A stretch of DNA of 48,383 bases from a bacterium (GTDB taxonomy: Bacteria > Fidelibacterota > Marinisomatia > Marinisomatales > UBA1611), in contig JABGWJ010000098.1 in NCBI GenBank assembly GCA_018645565.1, forward strand, positions 1 to 48,383. The letters are read 5' to 3'. Within the stretch, counting starts at the first letter, position 1, and each line of letters opens with the position of its first letter. The position numbers were made by a program, and so were the translations under genes. Of the stretch, positions 8,818 to 17,959 are shown in pieces. The notes beneath the pieces were generated by a model. That model saw nothing but the letters and a program-made list of their open reading frames with translations. It did not search any database and had not been told where the DNA came from.

Positions 8818-10165
8818 TTTTTAATTTGTTTAAACATTTTTTTATCGCATCCATGCCAATATTTATATCATCTTTAGTAATATTTAAATGAGGTCTAAAA
8901 CGTATTGATTTTTGCCCCGACCCAAGAACAATAACTTTGTTTTCCATTAACATAGATGCTAGAGCATCTCGATGGTTTGAGTCCGGGAGGTCAAAAGCGC
9001 AAAATAAACCCTTGCCCCTAGCATTGGACACTAAGTCCGAATAATCTGTTTGAATATTTTTCAATTGATCTAAAAGATAATTACCATTTTGTTTAGCATT
9101 ATTCACAAGGTTCTCCTGCTCCATAATTTCTAAATATATTGTAAACCTAACCATATCAACTAAATTCCCTCCCCAAGTGGAATTAATACGACTAGACTCT
9201 TGAAACACATTGTTTTCAACCTCGTTCAATCTATTCCCAGCAAATATACCACAGCACTGGGTTTTTTTGCCAAAGCTTATAATATCTGGTTCCATTGGCA
9301 TACACCTGGTTTTAGAACCACAATCACAACTTACTTTGCATAAGTGTTGGTGGGCCCACATCTCTCCAGTAATTCCAGCACCGGTTTGGACCTCATCAAA
9401 AATCAATAGCATATCATTTTCTAAGCATAACTGCTTTAATTCTATCAAAAATTCAGGCCTAAAATGATTATCACCACCTTCGCCCTGAATAGGCTCGATA
9501 ATGATGCAAGCTATATCATGGGGATTTTTTAAAATAGCATCTTTAATTTGATTTAAAGATATAGTTTCTCTCGCAATTACATCAGCTATATTTTCATCGT
9601 TTAGAGGAAAATTGATATTAGGCGTTGATACACGAGGCCAATTAAATTTTGGAAAATACATTACTTTTCTCGGATCTGGAGAGTCTGTTAAAGACATTGT
9701 ATAGCCAGAGCGACCATGAAAACACTTCTCGAAATGCAGTACCTGAGAACCAATTTCACCATGACCTTTTTCTATATTCTTTCTCACTTTCCAATCAAAC
9801 GCAGCTTTTAATGCGTTTTCTACTGCTAATGCGCCACCTGAGACATAAAAAGAATGCGGCAGATAATCAGGTTGCGCTATTCTACCCATAGTACCTACGA
9901 ATTCCGCCATCGCAATAGAATATATGTCCGAATTAGTAGGTTTATTTATCGCACTTGCAAGAAGCCTATTTTTATTGTCCAAAACATAAGGATGATTATA
10001 ACCGACAGATAATGATGCAAACATAGAAAAAAGATCTAAGTATTCATCACCGTTGGTACCATCAACTAGCCAGCTACCATGGCTTTTTTCTAAATCAATA
10101 ACTGGAGACATTCCATCAGCCAGCATATGATTACCTATTACTTTATGAACATCAGAATATTTCAT
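8810..10165 (-). CDS. lat: L-lysine 6-(epsilon)-aminotransferase, class III PLP enzyme
   Basis: 451 aa. The N-terminus HMLADGMSPVIDLEKSHGSWLVDGTNGDEYLDLFSMFASLSVGYNHP and the PLP-lysine motif SFGKKTQCCG match the LAT family as I remember it (Mycobacterium, Streptomyces, Flavobacterium). An ALDH7-type gene lies 1 nt upstream. Confidence 0.8.
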   Translation of the reverse strand: MKYSDVHKVIGNHMLADGMSPVIDLEKSHGSWLVDGTNGDEYLDLFSMFASLSVGYNHPYVLDNKNRLLASAINKPTNSDIYSIAMAEFVGTMGRIAQPDYLPHSFYVSGGALAVENALKAAFDWKVRKNIEKGHGEIGSQVLHFEKCFHGRSGYTMSLTDSPDPRKVMYFPKFNWPRVSTPNINFPLNDENIADVIARETISLNQIKDAILKNPHDIACIIIEPIQGEGGDNHFRPEFLIELKQLCLENDMLLIFDEVQTGAGITGEMWAHQHLCKVSCDCGSKTRCMPMEPDIISFGKKTQCCGIFAGNRLNEVENNVFQESSRINSTWGGNLVDMVRFTIYLEIMEQENLVNNAKQNGNYLLDQLKNIQTDYSDLVSNARGKGLFCAFDLPDSNHRDALASMLMENKVIVLGSGQKSIRFRPHLNITKDDINIGMDAIKKCLNKLKID

Positions 10166-10166
10166 A

Positions 10167-11693
10167 TTAATCTCCTAAATTAAACTCAATACCTTGAGCA
10201 AGAGGTAGATCAGAACCCCAATTAATTGTATTTGTTTGTCGTCGCATATACTGCTTCCAAGAATCAGAACCAGATTCACGACCACCACCAGTTTCCTTTT
10301 CGCCTCCAAAAGCGCCACCAATCTCAGCACCGGAAGTACCAATATTTATATTTGCGATACCACAATCACTACCTATGGCAGATAGAAAGGTTTCTGCGTT
10401 TTTAATGTTTAATGTGAACATTGAAGAAGATAATCCTTGAGGCACGTCATTATGCATTCTTATCGCATCCTCTAAGCCATCATATTTCATAATATAAAGG
10501 ATTGGAGTAAAAGTTTCTTTTTGAACAATACTCCATTCATTCTTCGCTTCAATAATTGTGGGCTCAACAAATGAACCGCTTTCTGAAAACCGATTCCCTC
10601 CACATAATACTTTTCCTCCATTTGCCACTGCTTTTTCAATAGCTGTAAAATGATCTGAAACGGCTTTTTCATTTACTACTGGTCCCATTAGAGTATCTTT
10701 ATTTAAAGGATCTCCAATTTTTACCTGTTTATACGCAGACACGACTTTATCAATAAGGTCATCATAAATATTTTCATGGACTATTATCCTCCGTGTACTC
10801 GTGCACCTTTGACCTGCTGTACCAACAGCGCCAAACACGATTGCAGGTACAACCATGCTCATATCAGCTGAATCATCAACAATAATACAATTATTGCCTC
10901 CCAATTCGAGTATTGTCTTTCCGAATCTAGATGAGACTACTTCGCCCACATGTTTTCCTACCTTTGTTGATCCTGTAAAAGAAACTAAAGGAACCGATTT
11001 ATTATTTATAAGATTTTCGCCAACCGTAGAACCATTTCCAATTACCAGACTGAATATATCAGGAACATCATTAACTTTTAAAACTTCATTGCAAATATTT
11101 TGGACCGCAATTGCACAAAGAGGAGTTTCCTCGGACGGCTTCCAAATTGTTGTGTTTCCACAAATAGCGGATAAGAAAGCATTCCAACTCCAAACCGCTA
11201 CTGGAAAGTTAAACGCACTAATAACACCCACCGGCCCAATTGGGTGCCATTGCTCATACATTCTATGTTGTGGCCTTTCTGAATGCATTGTCTTACCATA
11301 GAGCATTCTTGATTGCCCTACGGCAAAGTCTGCAATATCTATCATTTCTTGAACTTCACCATCGCCCTCTTGCTTTATCTTACCCATTTCAAGTGAAACA
11401 AGACTGCCTAACGGATCTTTATAATCTCTTAAAGCTCCAGCCATCTCCCTAACAAGCTGACCGCGAAGTGGCGCAGGAACTTTTCGCCATTCTTTGTAAG
11501 CATCCGTAGATTTTTTTATAATTGTATTACAATCATCTATAGTTGATTCATAAACAGAAGCTATAATTTCCCCAGTAGATGGATTTATTGAAGATATCTT
11601 TTTTGAACTGCTACTTTTTATCCATCCATCAGGACCAGAACAGGCTCCATAATTATCTTCTTTTATACTAAGTTTTTCTAATATTGTATTCAT
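10167..11693 (-). CDS. ALDH7-type aldehyde dehydrogenase (alpha-aminoadipic semialdehyde / piperideine-6-carboxylate dehydrogenase)
   Basis: 508 aa. N-terminus [17 protein letters not shown]...[12 protein letters not shown] resembles antiquitin/ALDH7. It has the ALDH catalytic motifs ELGGNN and [12 protein letters not shown]. It is paired with lat, the known two-step route from lysine to 2-aminoadipate. Confidence 0.8.
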   Translation of the reverse strand: MNTILEKLSIKEDNYGACSGPDGWIKSSSSKKISSINPSTGEIIASVYESTIDDCNTIIKKSTDAYKEWRKVPAPLRGQLVREMAGALRDYKDPLGSLVSLEMGKIKQEGDGEVQEMIDIADFAVGQSRMLYGKTMHSERPQHRMYEQWHPIGPVGVISAFNFPVAVWSWNAFLSAICGNTTIWKPSEETPLCAIAVQNICNEVLKVNDVPDIFSLVIGNGSTVGENLINNKSVPLVSFTGSTKVGKHVGEVVSSRFGKTILELGGNNCIIVDDSADMSMVVPAIVFGAVGTAGQRCTSTRRIIVHENIYDDLIDKVVSAYKQVKIGDPLNKDTLMGPVVNEKAVSDHFTAIEKAVANGGKVLCGGNRFSESGSFVEPTIIEAKNEWSIVQKETFTPILYIMKYDGLEDAIRMHNDVPQGLSSSMFTLNIKNAETFLSAIGSDCGIANINIGTSGAEIGGAFGGEKETGGGRESGSDSWKQYMRRQTNTINWGSDLPLAQGIEFNLGD

Positions 11694-11708
11694 TTTATTT
11701 TACCCTAA

Positions 11709-13040
11709 TTATAGTGATGCTACTACATCTTTTACTGCGTTTGAGAGCAATTCTATTTGTTCCCTCTCTATTGTTAATGCAGGAGCTAACCTCACAGTAG
11801 TTCTGTGCGTTTCTTTAGCGTAAACACCCCGGTCCATTAATCCGACAGAAACTTTGTGGCCATCTAAACTTTTCTCATCAAACATTTCGAAGGCTGTTAG
11901 TAGACCTTTACCTCTAACCTCTTTTATCTTGTCAGGATAGTGGCTCTGGATATCTCTAAGATTATTCATGAGTTGTGCACCTCTGACTTCTGCTTTTTCA
12001 GCTAAATTAGCATCAACCATGACTTTAATAGCATACGTACCAACAACAGAAGCGAGTGGATATCCACCAAATGTTGAGCCTTCAGAACCTGGCGTCAACA
12101 AGCCAAGCACGTCATCTCTTCCAGCCACAAAAGAGACAGGAAGAATTCCTCCGCCTGCAGCTTTACCGCAGCCCATTATATCTGGAACTACTCCAAATAA
12201 TTGGTGCGCGAAATTTCTACCAGTTCTACCAAAACCAGTTTGAACTTCATCCATCGATAATAAAACATTATGCTTTTTACATAATTCAGAAACTTTAATA
12301 AAATAATCATCATCAGGCACAATTACGCCGGCTTCACCTTGTATAGGTTCGACCATATATGCGGCAATGTACTCGCCTTTTTTTTCAAAGAGTCGTTGCA
12401 ATGCACCAACGTCATTATACGGTACTAATTCTATACCGGGAACAAATGGGCCAAAGTTTTCTTTTGAATCAGGATCATCTGAAAATGAAACAGCCGCTAG
12501 AGATCTACCATGAAAATTTCCAGTAGCGCCAACAACAATCGCTTCATTTGCTGGAATACCTTTTACTTCATAACCCCATCTTCTACAAATTTTGAATGAA
12601 AGCTCCCAAGATTCTACTCCGGCAACTTTTGGAATAACTCTATCCATACCGGTAATCGCAGTTGCAGAAAGTAAAAATGCACTCATATATTTATGTCTAA
12701 TTGACCTTGGAACAGTAGGAAGCTTTTCCTCTTCTAAGTGTTTTATTACTGCTTTCACAATTGTCTGGTTTAACTGGCCTTGATTTACCGCAGAATAACA
12801 ACATAGACCATCAAGTATCTCTTCTTCTATATATTTGGTAATATCATCGGGATGTGGCTTTCTAGCGATTAAAGTAGAAGAATCTTTTACTTTAGAGATT
12901 ACAACATTTTCTAAAGGAGAATAATTCTGTCCACCTTTTTCTTTTTCAATTTTTTCATGCTCATGTGGCGTTAAGTCACCGATCTTAATTCCATCGACAC
13001 TTAAGTCGTCGCCATAGCCATCTATTAATACCTCTGCCAT
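11709..13040 (-). CDS. Ornithine-aminotransferase-like class III PLP aminotransferase (divergent)
   Basis: 443 aa. OAT-like blocks are YSAVNQG, GNFHGRSLAAVSFSDDPDSKENFGPFVPG..VPYND, DEVQTGFGRTG, and GKAAGGG (PLP Lys). The protein has an N-terminal extension of about 35-40 aa and altered conserved motifs (see findings). Confidence 0.7.
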   Translation of the reverse strand: MAEVLIDGYGDDLSVDGIKIGDLTPHEHEKIEKEKGGQNYSPLENVVISKVKDSSTLIARKPHPDDITKYIEEEILDGLCCYSAVNQGQLNQTIVKAVIKHLEEEKLPTVPRSIRHKYMSAFLLSATAITGMDRVIPKVAGVESWELSFKICRRWGYEVKGIPANEAIVVGATGNFHGRSLAAVSFSDDPDSKENFGPFVPGIELVPYNDVGALQRLFEKKGEYIAAYMVEPIQGEAGVIVPDDDYFIKVSELCKKHNVLLSMDEVQTGFGRTGRNFAHQLFGVVPDIMGCGKAAGGGILPVSFVAGRDDVLGLLTPGSEGSTFGGYPLASVVGTYAIKVMVDANLAEKAEVRGAQLMNNLRDIQSHYPDKIKEVRGKGLLTAFEMFDEKSLDGHKVSVGLMDRGVYAKETHRTTVRLAPALTIEREQIELLSNAVKDVVASL

Positions 13041-13088
13041 AAAAACTCTCTATTTTTGTGATTTATAAAAAAAGAATCAATTAAAGAT

Positions 13089-13958
13089 TTATTCCTCTTC
13101 GGTCGAACTACCAAGATTATCGATAGGCGCTATAACACCGCGATCCTCTTCTTTGTAAGCCGCATAACCAAGAGCGCCAACGATAATGAATAAAACCCAA
13201 AATGTAGCATAATTATATTCACTACCAGAGTATTTTATGAGATCAGTAAACCTACCAATAAGTAATGAAATACGGCCCATAACGGCAAAACCAAACGAGG
13301 CACCAAAACTTATCATTAAGAAATAAATACCTATTTTTGAAGCTTTTCCAAGAAGACCCTTGTGTTCTTTTGAAAAATAAAAATATAGAAGTCCACATAT
13401 CGTACCAACGAAAATAATTATATTATTAAAAATTGAGGGAGATGAAAGACTAAAGACGGGCAAACTAAAATCTAGAAGATTAACAGCCGTACCTTTAATT
13501 TGACCAAGAACATTTGAATTCAGATAACCATACGCTTTCAGCCCCGCAGCCATTCCAACAACGTATGCGATTCCCCAGCGAGCCATCCAACTAAAACGAG
13601 GAATAAGACTAAGTAGCATCATCACACCTAATGCCAAGGGTATTAAATAAGTTAAATGTTGATCATGCCCTTTATCAATACCGCCTTCTGGAAAAATTGA
13701 ACTAGAGAAAAAGCTAAGTACATTATAGATAGTATACGTAATTGTATCGGGGTCATAATGCTTTGCAGGAAAAAGACGACCAAAAAGGTTTGGTTGAAGT
13801 TGAGTCCAAAATCCTAGAGATAAAAGATATCCAGCGGAAACCCCAACAAAAAGATGTTCAGCTGCCTTATAGAATGGGTTATCTTTATAAAGGTAAGAAA
13901 AGATACCAATCGTTAAAAACGCGGCAACCCAAGCACCTAATATAGTTGAAAATTCCAT
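13089..13958 (-). CDS. Polytopic membrane protein, about 8 predicted TM helices, function unknown (operon gene 7)
   Basis: 289 aa. It has repeated 18-22-aa hydrophobic stretches (ILGAWVAAFLTIGIFSYL, LFVGVSAGYLLSLGFW, LTYLIPLALGVMMLLSLI, IGIYFLMISFGASFGFAVMG, FWVLFIIVGALGYAAY). A 9-nt gap separates it from the upstream gene. Confidence 0.7.
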   Translation of the reverse strand: MEFSTILGAWVAAFLTIGIFSYLYKDNPFYKAAEHLFVGVSAGYLLSLGFWTQLQPNLFGRLFPAKHYDPDTITYTIYNVLSFFSSSIFPEGGIDKGHDQHLTYLIPLALGVMMLLSLIPRFSWMARWGIAYVVGMAAGLKAYGYLNSNVLGQIKGTAVNLLDFSLPVFSLSSPSIFNNIIIFVGTICGLLYFYFSKEHKGLLGKASKIGIYFLMISFGASFGFAVMGRISLLIGRFTDLIKYSGSEYNYATFWVLFIIVGALGYAAYKEEDRGVIAPIDNLGSSTEEE

Positions 13959-13967
13959 TTTTATTCC

Positions 13968-14822
13968 TTAATACTTTCTTGATCTTTTTCGTTCAATAAA
14001 AAAAGAAATATTACCAAGAACAATAAATAGCACAATTACTAAGTGAGCTACTGACTGCGCATCCATCCCGCTTGTGGCTGAACCTTTTTGATTTATTAAC
14101 GACTCATATTCAGCGGCACCAGGCATACCAGCGAGGACACCAACCATTTGCCCTGATTGAACATAAGGCATAACCTCATTTACCTGAATAGATGTTACTC
14201 CTGAACTCATAGGTACCCCAGTAGGGTCTGCGGCATACTGTACCCATTCTATTGTGCCTGGATACCCAGCGGAAGCACTAAACAAAAAGTCGAAATCTTT
14301 AAAATTAGTTATGCCATCCATCATGGGAATATCGTCGACCTTTGTTTGCTTTGCATCAACAGAAAATAGTTTTCGAATATTACTAACAATACCTTTAACC
14401 ACCGCCTCGCCACCAGGTCTGTAACCAAGTAAAACATAATCCTCACCATATGTCTTGTTAAACTCGCCTTCTGCGACCTGTTTCAAAGCATCCTGAGCCA
14501 TAAACTGCCCATCAGGCCATAGGCAAGTGACATAAACCTTTTGATCATTTCTGAATAAATGCCTCATGATGCTAATAGTCATAGGATGGTTTTCAGGCTT
14601 TGTGCTGGGACTATATTCAATAGAGAGCAAGACATTTGACCCTTTAGGAAGAGCCTCTATAGCATCATAGACACTTTTTGAAGTATCGGTTGCTCGAATT
14701 GGAAGCCCAATTGGCACAAGCAGAGGAATAATTACAACAACAGCAATAACAATAAATATCCACCTTCTATCGACGCTGCCTATTTTTAAAAAAATATTTT
14801 CTATTTTATCCAATTTACTCAC
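13968..14822 (-). CDS. Bitopic membrane protein (N-terminal TM, ~215-aa soluble domain, C-terminal TM), function unknown (operon gene 6)
   Basis: 284 aa. TM segments are WIFIVIAVVVIIPLLVPIGL and VAHLVIVLFIVLGNISFFI, and the tail is basic (ERKRSRKY). It overlaps the upstream gene by 8 nt. Confidence 0.7.
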   Translation of the reverse strand: MSKLDKIENIFLKIGSVDRRWIFIVIAVVVIIPLLVPIGLPIRATDTSKSVYDAIEALPKGSNVLLSIEYSPSTKPENHPMTISIMRHLFRNDQKVYVTCLWPDGQFMAQDALKQVAEGEFNKTYGEDYVLLGYRPGGEAVVKGIVSNIRKLFSVDAKQTKVDDIPMMDGITNFKDFDFLFSASAGYPGTIEWVQYAADPTGVPMSSGVTSIQVNEVMPYVQSGQMVGVLAGMPGAAEYESLINQKGSATSGMDAQSVAHLVIVLFIVLGNISFFIERKRSRKY

Positions 14823-15639
14823 CTATGTAAGATCTTTCTATTCCTAGGATATAGCGAATTGAGGTCGCAAAAATACCCAAACCAATTCCGATCATTATCG
14901 CACGAGCACCAGCAACATTAGGATAAAAATAAATCCATTCTTGTATTGACGGAAGATAGAATATACCCGGTTGATCTATTGGCCAGCCTGTTATAACACC
15001 TCCTATGGTAACAAGTGAAATACCTACAGCAACAAAAACAAAAGTGATCTTCATGTCCTGTTTCAAACTATTCACATAGATACCAAGACAAAGAATAATC
15101 AGATACATAATAAACCAGGAAGATATGATACCTCCGATAGGAACTCTACCAACCATAATAATAATACCAGAGACTAGAAGCAGAGTCGCTTCAAAATTTC
15201 TTATTCTAAAAGCACGATAAGAGGCTGAAGCAACAAAAAATGCCAATAAAGAAAACATTGTTGCTGACATTGGAGAAAAAACATAATCAAACATCCATTT
15301 AAAAAGAGTTCCGTCTGAGGTGACATGAGCGCCCCATTGAGCAACAGAGTCATCTACTCCTTTTACAAAAAATCCTGCAATAATTGCAAAAATAAAACCA
15401 AAAACAGCAATGATACTGTACTGCCAACCAGGCTTCTGATACAAAACCTTCTGTAATTGTAATTTAATTAAATTTAAAGCTCCAAGTATGATAGCAAAGC
15501 TAGCTAAAACATCAAACCACTGTGTTGCATCATCGCCAACAAATTCTTTGACATTTGGCTGATCTATAAACCAACCAAAAAGGGTAATTGAACCGATGAG
15601 CGTTACGATAAATATCGGTATCTGTCTTTTCCAAAACAT
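14815..15639 (-). CDS. Polytopic membrane protein, about 8 predicted TM helices, function unknown (operon gene 5)
   Basis: 274 aa. Hydrophobic stretches include IPIFIVTLIGSITLFGWF, YSIIAVFGFIFAIIAGFF, MFSLLAFFVASASY, GGIISSWFIMYLIILCLGIYV and AIMIGIGLGIFATSI. Confidence 0.7.
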   Translation of the reverse strand: MFWKRQIPIFIVTLIGSITLFGWFIDQPNVKEFVGDDATQWFDVLASFAIILGALNLIKLQLQKVLYQKPGWQYSIIAVFGFIFAIIAGFFVKGVDDSVAQWGAHVTSDGTLFKWMFDYVFSPMSATMFSLLAFFVASASYRAFRIRNFEATLLLVSGIIIMVGRVPIGGIISSWFIMYLIILCLGIYVNSLKQDMKITFVFVAVGISLVTIGGVITGWPIDQPGIFYLPSIQEWIYFYPNVAGARAIMIGIGLGIFATSIRYILGIERSYIGE

Positions 15640-15645
15640 AATCGA

Positions 15646-16509
15646 CTACCTTATTGTTAAATACTTTATAATATTAAAACCAATTCCAGTTGATTCATAA
15701 ACCGTCATTATAATAGCTGAAATAACAATAACAGATATAACAACTAGCTTAATCATATCTTGACCCTTAACACCGCCGATAAGCTCAGGTTTTTGGCTTA
15801 AATATGCACTGGCCGCAAAAAATTCTTCACCTATAAGAGTATAATCACAAGCAGTTACAAAAAAAGGTATTTGTGCCTGCGAAGCAGTACCTGCTATTTG
15901 AATAGCACCAATAGAATTTCCAGTTTCAGCTAGAATGAGAGACTCAGCATAAAACTTACCCATATACATACAAGCTGCAGGCTTTTCGCGAAGCATAATG
16001 CCATTAACACCAGCGGCGTAAGCAAATTGATCATCTGTCAAGTAGTGAACCATGTCTTCATTAAACATATCCGGCCTACCCTCAACCATGTAAGCTTCTC
16101 TGCAAGACTCTCTAGCGGCCTTCATCACGATAGATCTAGAAACGGGAACATTAAGACTAGTTTCATATCGAGCCGTCATCTTTGCAACATGACCTAGAAC
16201 AACAACCCCGGCGACTGTCTCGACTTGATCCATATCTTGAATTCCGGGAACGTAAAGAATCGGCCTACCCATTTCAGTAGAACGACCTACGGCTTCTTCA
16301 ACAGCTTTTAGAGCTGGAATTGGTCTTAGATAAAATTCCTCTCCTCGTTCAGCAGCTCTAATATAATATAACAGAGTGGCACTAAGAGTGACGATGGAGA
16401 AAAGCATTATGAACCTTTCCGTAACAAAATAAGGATGACCTAATAGCCAGTACACAAGAAAAACAACTGTAATCGAAGCGATTACAAACCAAAAATTTCT
16501 ATCCTTCAA
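15646..16509 (-). CDS. Membrane protein (two N-terminal TM, ~195-aa soluble domain, C-terminal TM), function unknown (operon gene 4)
   Basis: 287 aa. TM segments are FWFVIASITVVFLVYWLLG, FIMLFSIVTLSATLLYYI and MIKLVVISVIVISAIIMTVY. It overlaps the upstream gene by 4 nt. Confidence 0.7.
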   Translation of the reverse strand: MKDRNFWFVIASITVVFLVYWLLGHPYFVTERFIMLFSIVTLSATLLYYIRAAERGEEFYLRPIPALKAVEEAVGRSTEMGRPILYVPGIQDMDQVETVAGVVVLGHVAKMTARYETSLNVPVSRSIVMKAARESCREAYMVEGRPDMFNEDMVHYLTDDQFAYAAGVNGIMLREKPAACMYMGKFYAESLILAETGNSIGAIQIAGTASQAQIPFFVTACDYTLIGEEFFAASAYLSQKPELIGGVKGQDMIKLVVISVIVISAIIMTVYESTGIGFNIIKYLTIR

Positions 16510-16829
16510 ATATTATCCCTAATTGCATCTTTTGAATCTAACATCTCAAGACGTTCAATTTCATCTAATAAAATTGATAGCGAATCTTTTTTATTTAACA
16601 ACTCCGCAGCTCTGTAATACCCGTCTGCCTGCACAAAACCATTAATTATTGGACCCATAAAAACCATTAAATGACTTCCAAGGGAAGACAGCGGCCGTAC
16701 CATTTCTAGAAAAAATATTGATGGCGTAACGAACCCCGAACTATGAACTTTTTTAGCTAATCTGTGAATAAAATCAATATCTTGCTGGGAAATTTTACCA
16801 TCAACAATCTCTTTATTTAAAGACGTCAA
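16506..16829 (-). CDS. Small 107-aa protein of unknown function (operon gene 3), TTG start
   Basis: The frame opens 1 nt after the stop of the upstream gene. The start codon is the reverse complement of CAA at 16827-16829, that is TTG. It has a hydrophobic core segment (VTPSIFFLEMVRPLSSLGSHLMVFMGPIINGF). I recognise no motif. Confidence 0.55.
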   Translation of the reverse strand: MTSLNKEIVDGKISQQDIDFIHRLAKKVHSSGFVTPSIFFLEMVRPLSSLGSHLMVFMGPIINGFVQADGYYRAAELLNKKDSLSILLDEIERLEMLDSKDAIRDNI

Positions 16830-16830
16830 A

Positions 16831-17958
16831 CTAATCAGTCTCTACAACTTCTAAATTAGAACGTGGAATTTCTATCAACTCACCATCTATATCAATAATA
16901 GCAACTCGAACCATTGTTTCAGACTCCATTTTCCTCAATTCAGATGGAAGCTCTTTCACAGAGCCAATTTTACCAAAATTTGGAGAGCGGATAACTCTAA
17001 CTAAGCTACCTTCTGTCATACCAGACATTTTTTTAGAATTCTCATCACTATCTTTTTGGCTACTTGCATCGGAAGGGATAATTATCTCGGGCCTTATTAC
17101 GCCAGCGCGTATCTGAGTAGCACCATTAATTGAGGCTAATCGACCACTATTCTCTCTCAATAAATCAAATGTTTGCTGTCCCATCTGGATTTTACCATAA
17201 CCTTCTGTAACTATTAGTGAGGTAATTAATTCCTCAGAGCCAGTTATTGCCACACCAAGCGTGTATCCTAAAATTTCTTCTAAGTCATAGTAATTAAACC
17301 CACCAACAACAACACCAGCAACTTTGCATTCTAAAGCTTTTTTATACGCTTCTAAACTAATAAAACTTCCACCTACTATTATCAAACCCTCATGTTCAGG
17401 CTTTATCATATCAACACTAATTTCAGAAGTTCTATTTTCTGAAAGCATCTTGATTTCACCCCGGCTTTCGCCTCCTATACCAAAGATGCCTTGAACAAAA
17501 GAACCATAGCTTTTTATAACCACACCTTCTTCAGTTATTACTTCATCAACAACACCTCGTATGTAAGCATCAACTTCTACAGGTATCGGAGCTTCTCTAA
17601 TCACAACTTGCCCTGTAATATTGGAAACTGACTCAATGGTACCATCAACGGGGCTATTTACACTCGATTTAAAATATCCGAAAATGCCATTCGTTTGTGC
17701 AATCAAATCATTTTTACTTACTTTAGAGCCTTCTTTTGCAATCATAACAGTTTCAACATCTGAGGCATCAACATTCAACTGATTAGCAATATTAACCATT
17801 TGCACATTACCTGGTAAATCTGTTTTCGCAATAGTATCTCCAGGCGCTACGGTATCTCCAACGGATGTATCAACAGACCCTTTCAAAGGAAGCCTACGCT
17901 CTTTTAAAATTTTAGTATTCTTTAATACCTTTAATCCTGGTGTATACGAATGAGCCAT
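16831..17958 (-). CDS. Soluble 375-aa protein with two barrel-sandwich-hybrid (lipoyl/biotinyl-like) hairpins and a C-terminal SH3/KOW-like segment (operon gene 2)
   Basis: Two hairpin signatures are visible: GSVDTSVGDTVAPGDTIAKTD and SKVSKNDLIAQTN...VNSPVDGTIESVSNITGQVVI. The overall layout is reminiscent of the NqrA/RnfC N-terminal domains. There is no biotinylation (AMKM) or lipoylation motif, and only one Cys. Confidence 0.55.
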   Translation of the reverse strand: MAHSYTPGLKVLKNTKILKERRLPLKGSVDTSVGDTVAPGDTIAKTDLPGNVQMVNIANQLNVDASDVETVMIAKEGSKVSKNDLIAQTNGIFGYFKSSVNSPVDGTIESVSNITGQVVIREAPIPVEVDAYIRGVVDEVITEEGVVIKSYGSFVQGIFGIGGESRGEIKMLSENRTSEISVDMIKPEHEGLIIVGGSFISLEAYKKALECKVAGVVVGGFNYYDLEEILGYTLGVAITGSEELITSLIVTEGYGKIQMGQQTFDLLRENSGRLASINGATQIRAGVIRPEIIIPSDASSQKDSDENSKKMSGMTEGSLVRVIRSPNFGKIGSVKELPSELRKMESETMVRVAIIDIDGELIEIPRSNLEVVETD

Positions 17959-17959
17959 A

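Noticed and set aside
10855-11301. 148-aa plus-strand ORF (and the neighbouring 11240-11452 and 10487-10672 ORFs)
   Set aside because: These are embedded in the ALDH7-type gene, which carries the canonical ALDH catalytic motifs. They are antisense or alternate-frame artefacts.
16831-17958. Biotin- or lipoyl-carrier function for the 375-aa barrel-sandwich protein, which would imply a decarboxylase sodium pump
   Set aside because: There is no (A/E)MKM biotinylation motif or DKA lipoylation motif at the hairpin tips; the nearest match is GEIKML in a different context. No carboxyltransferase gene is present in the operon.
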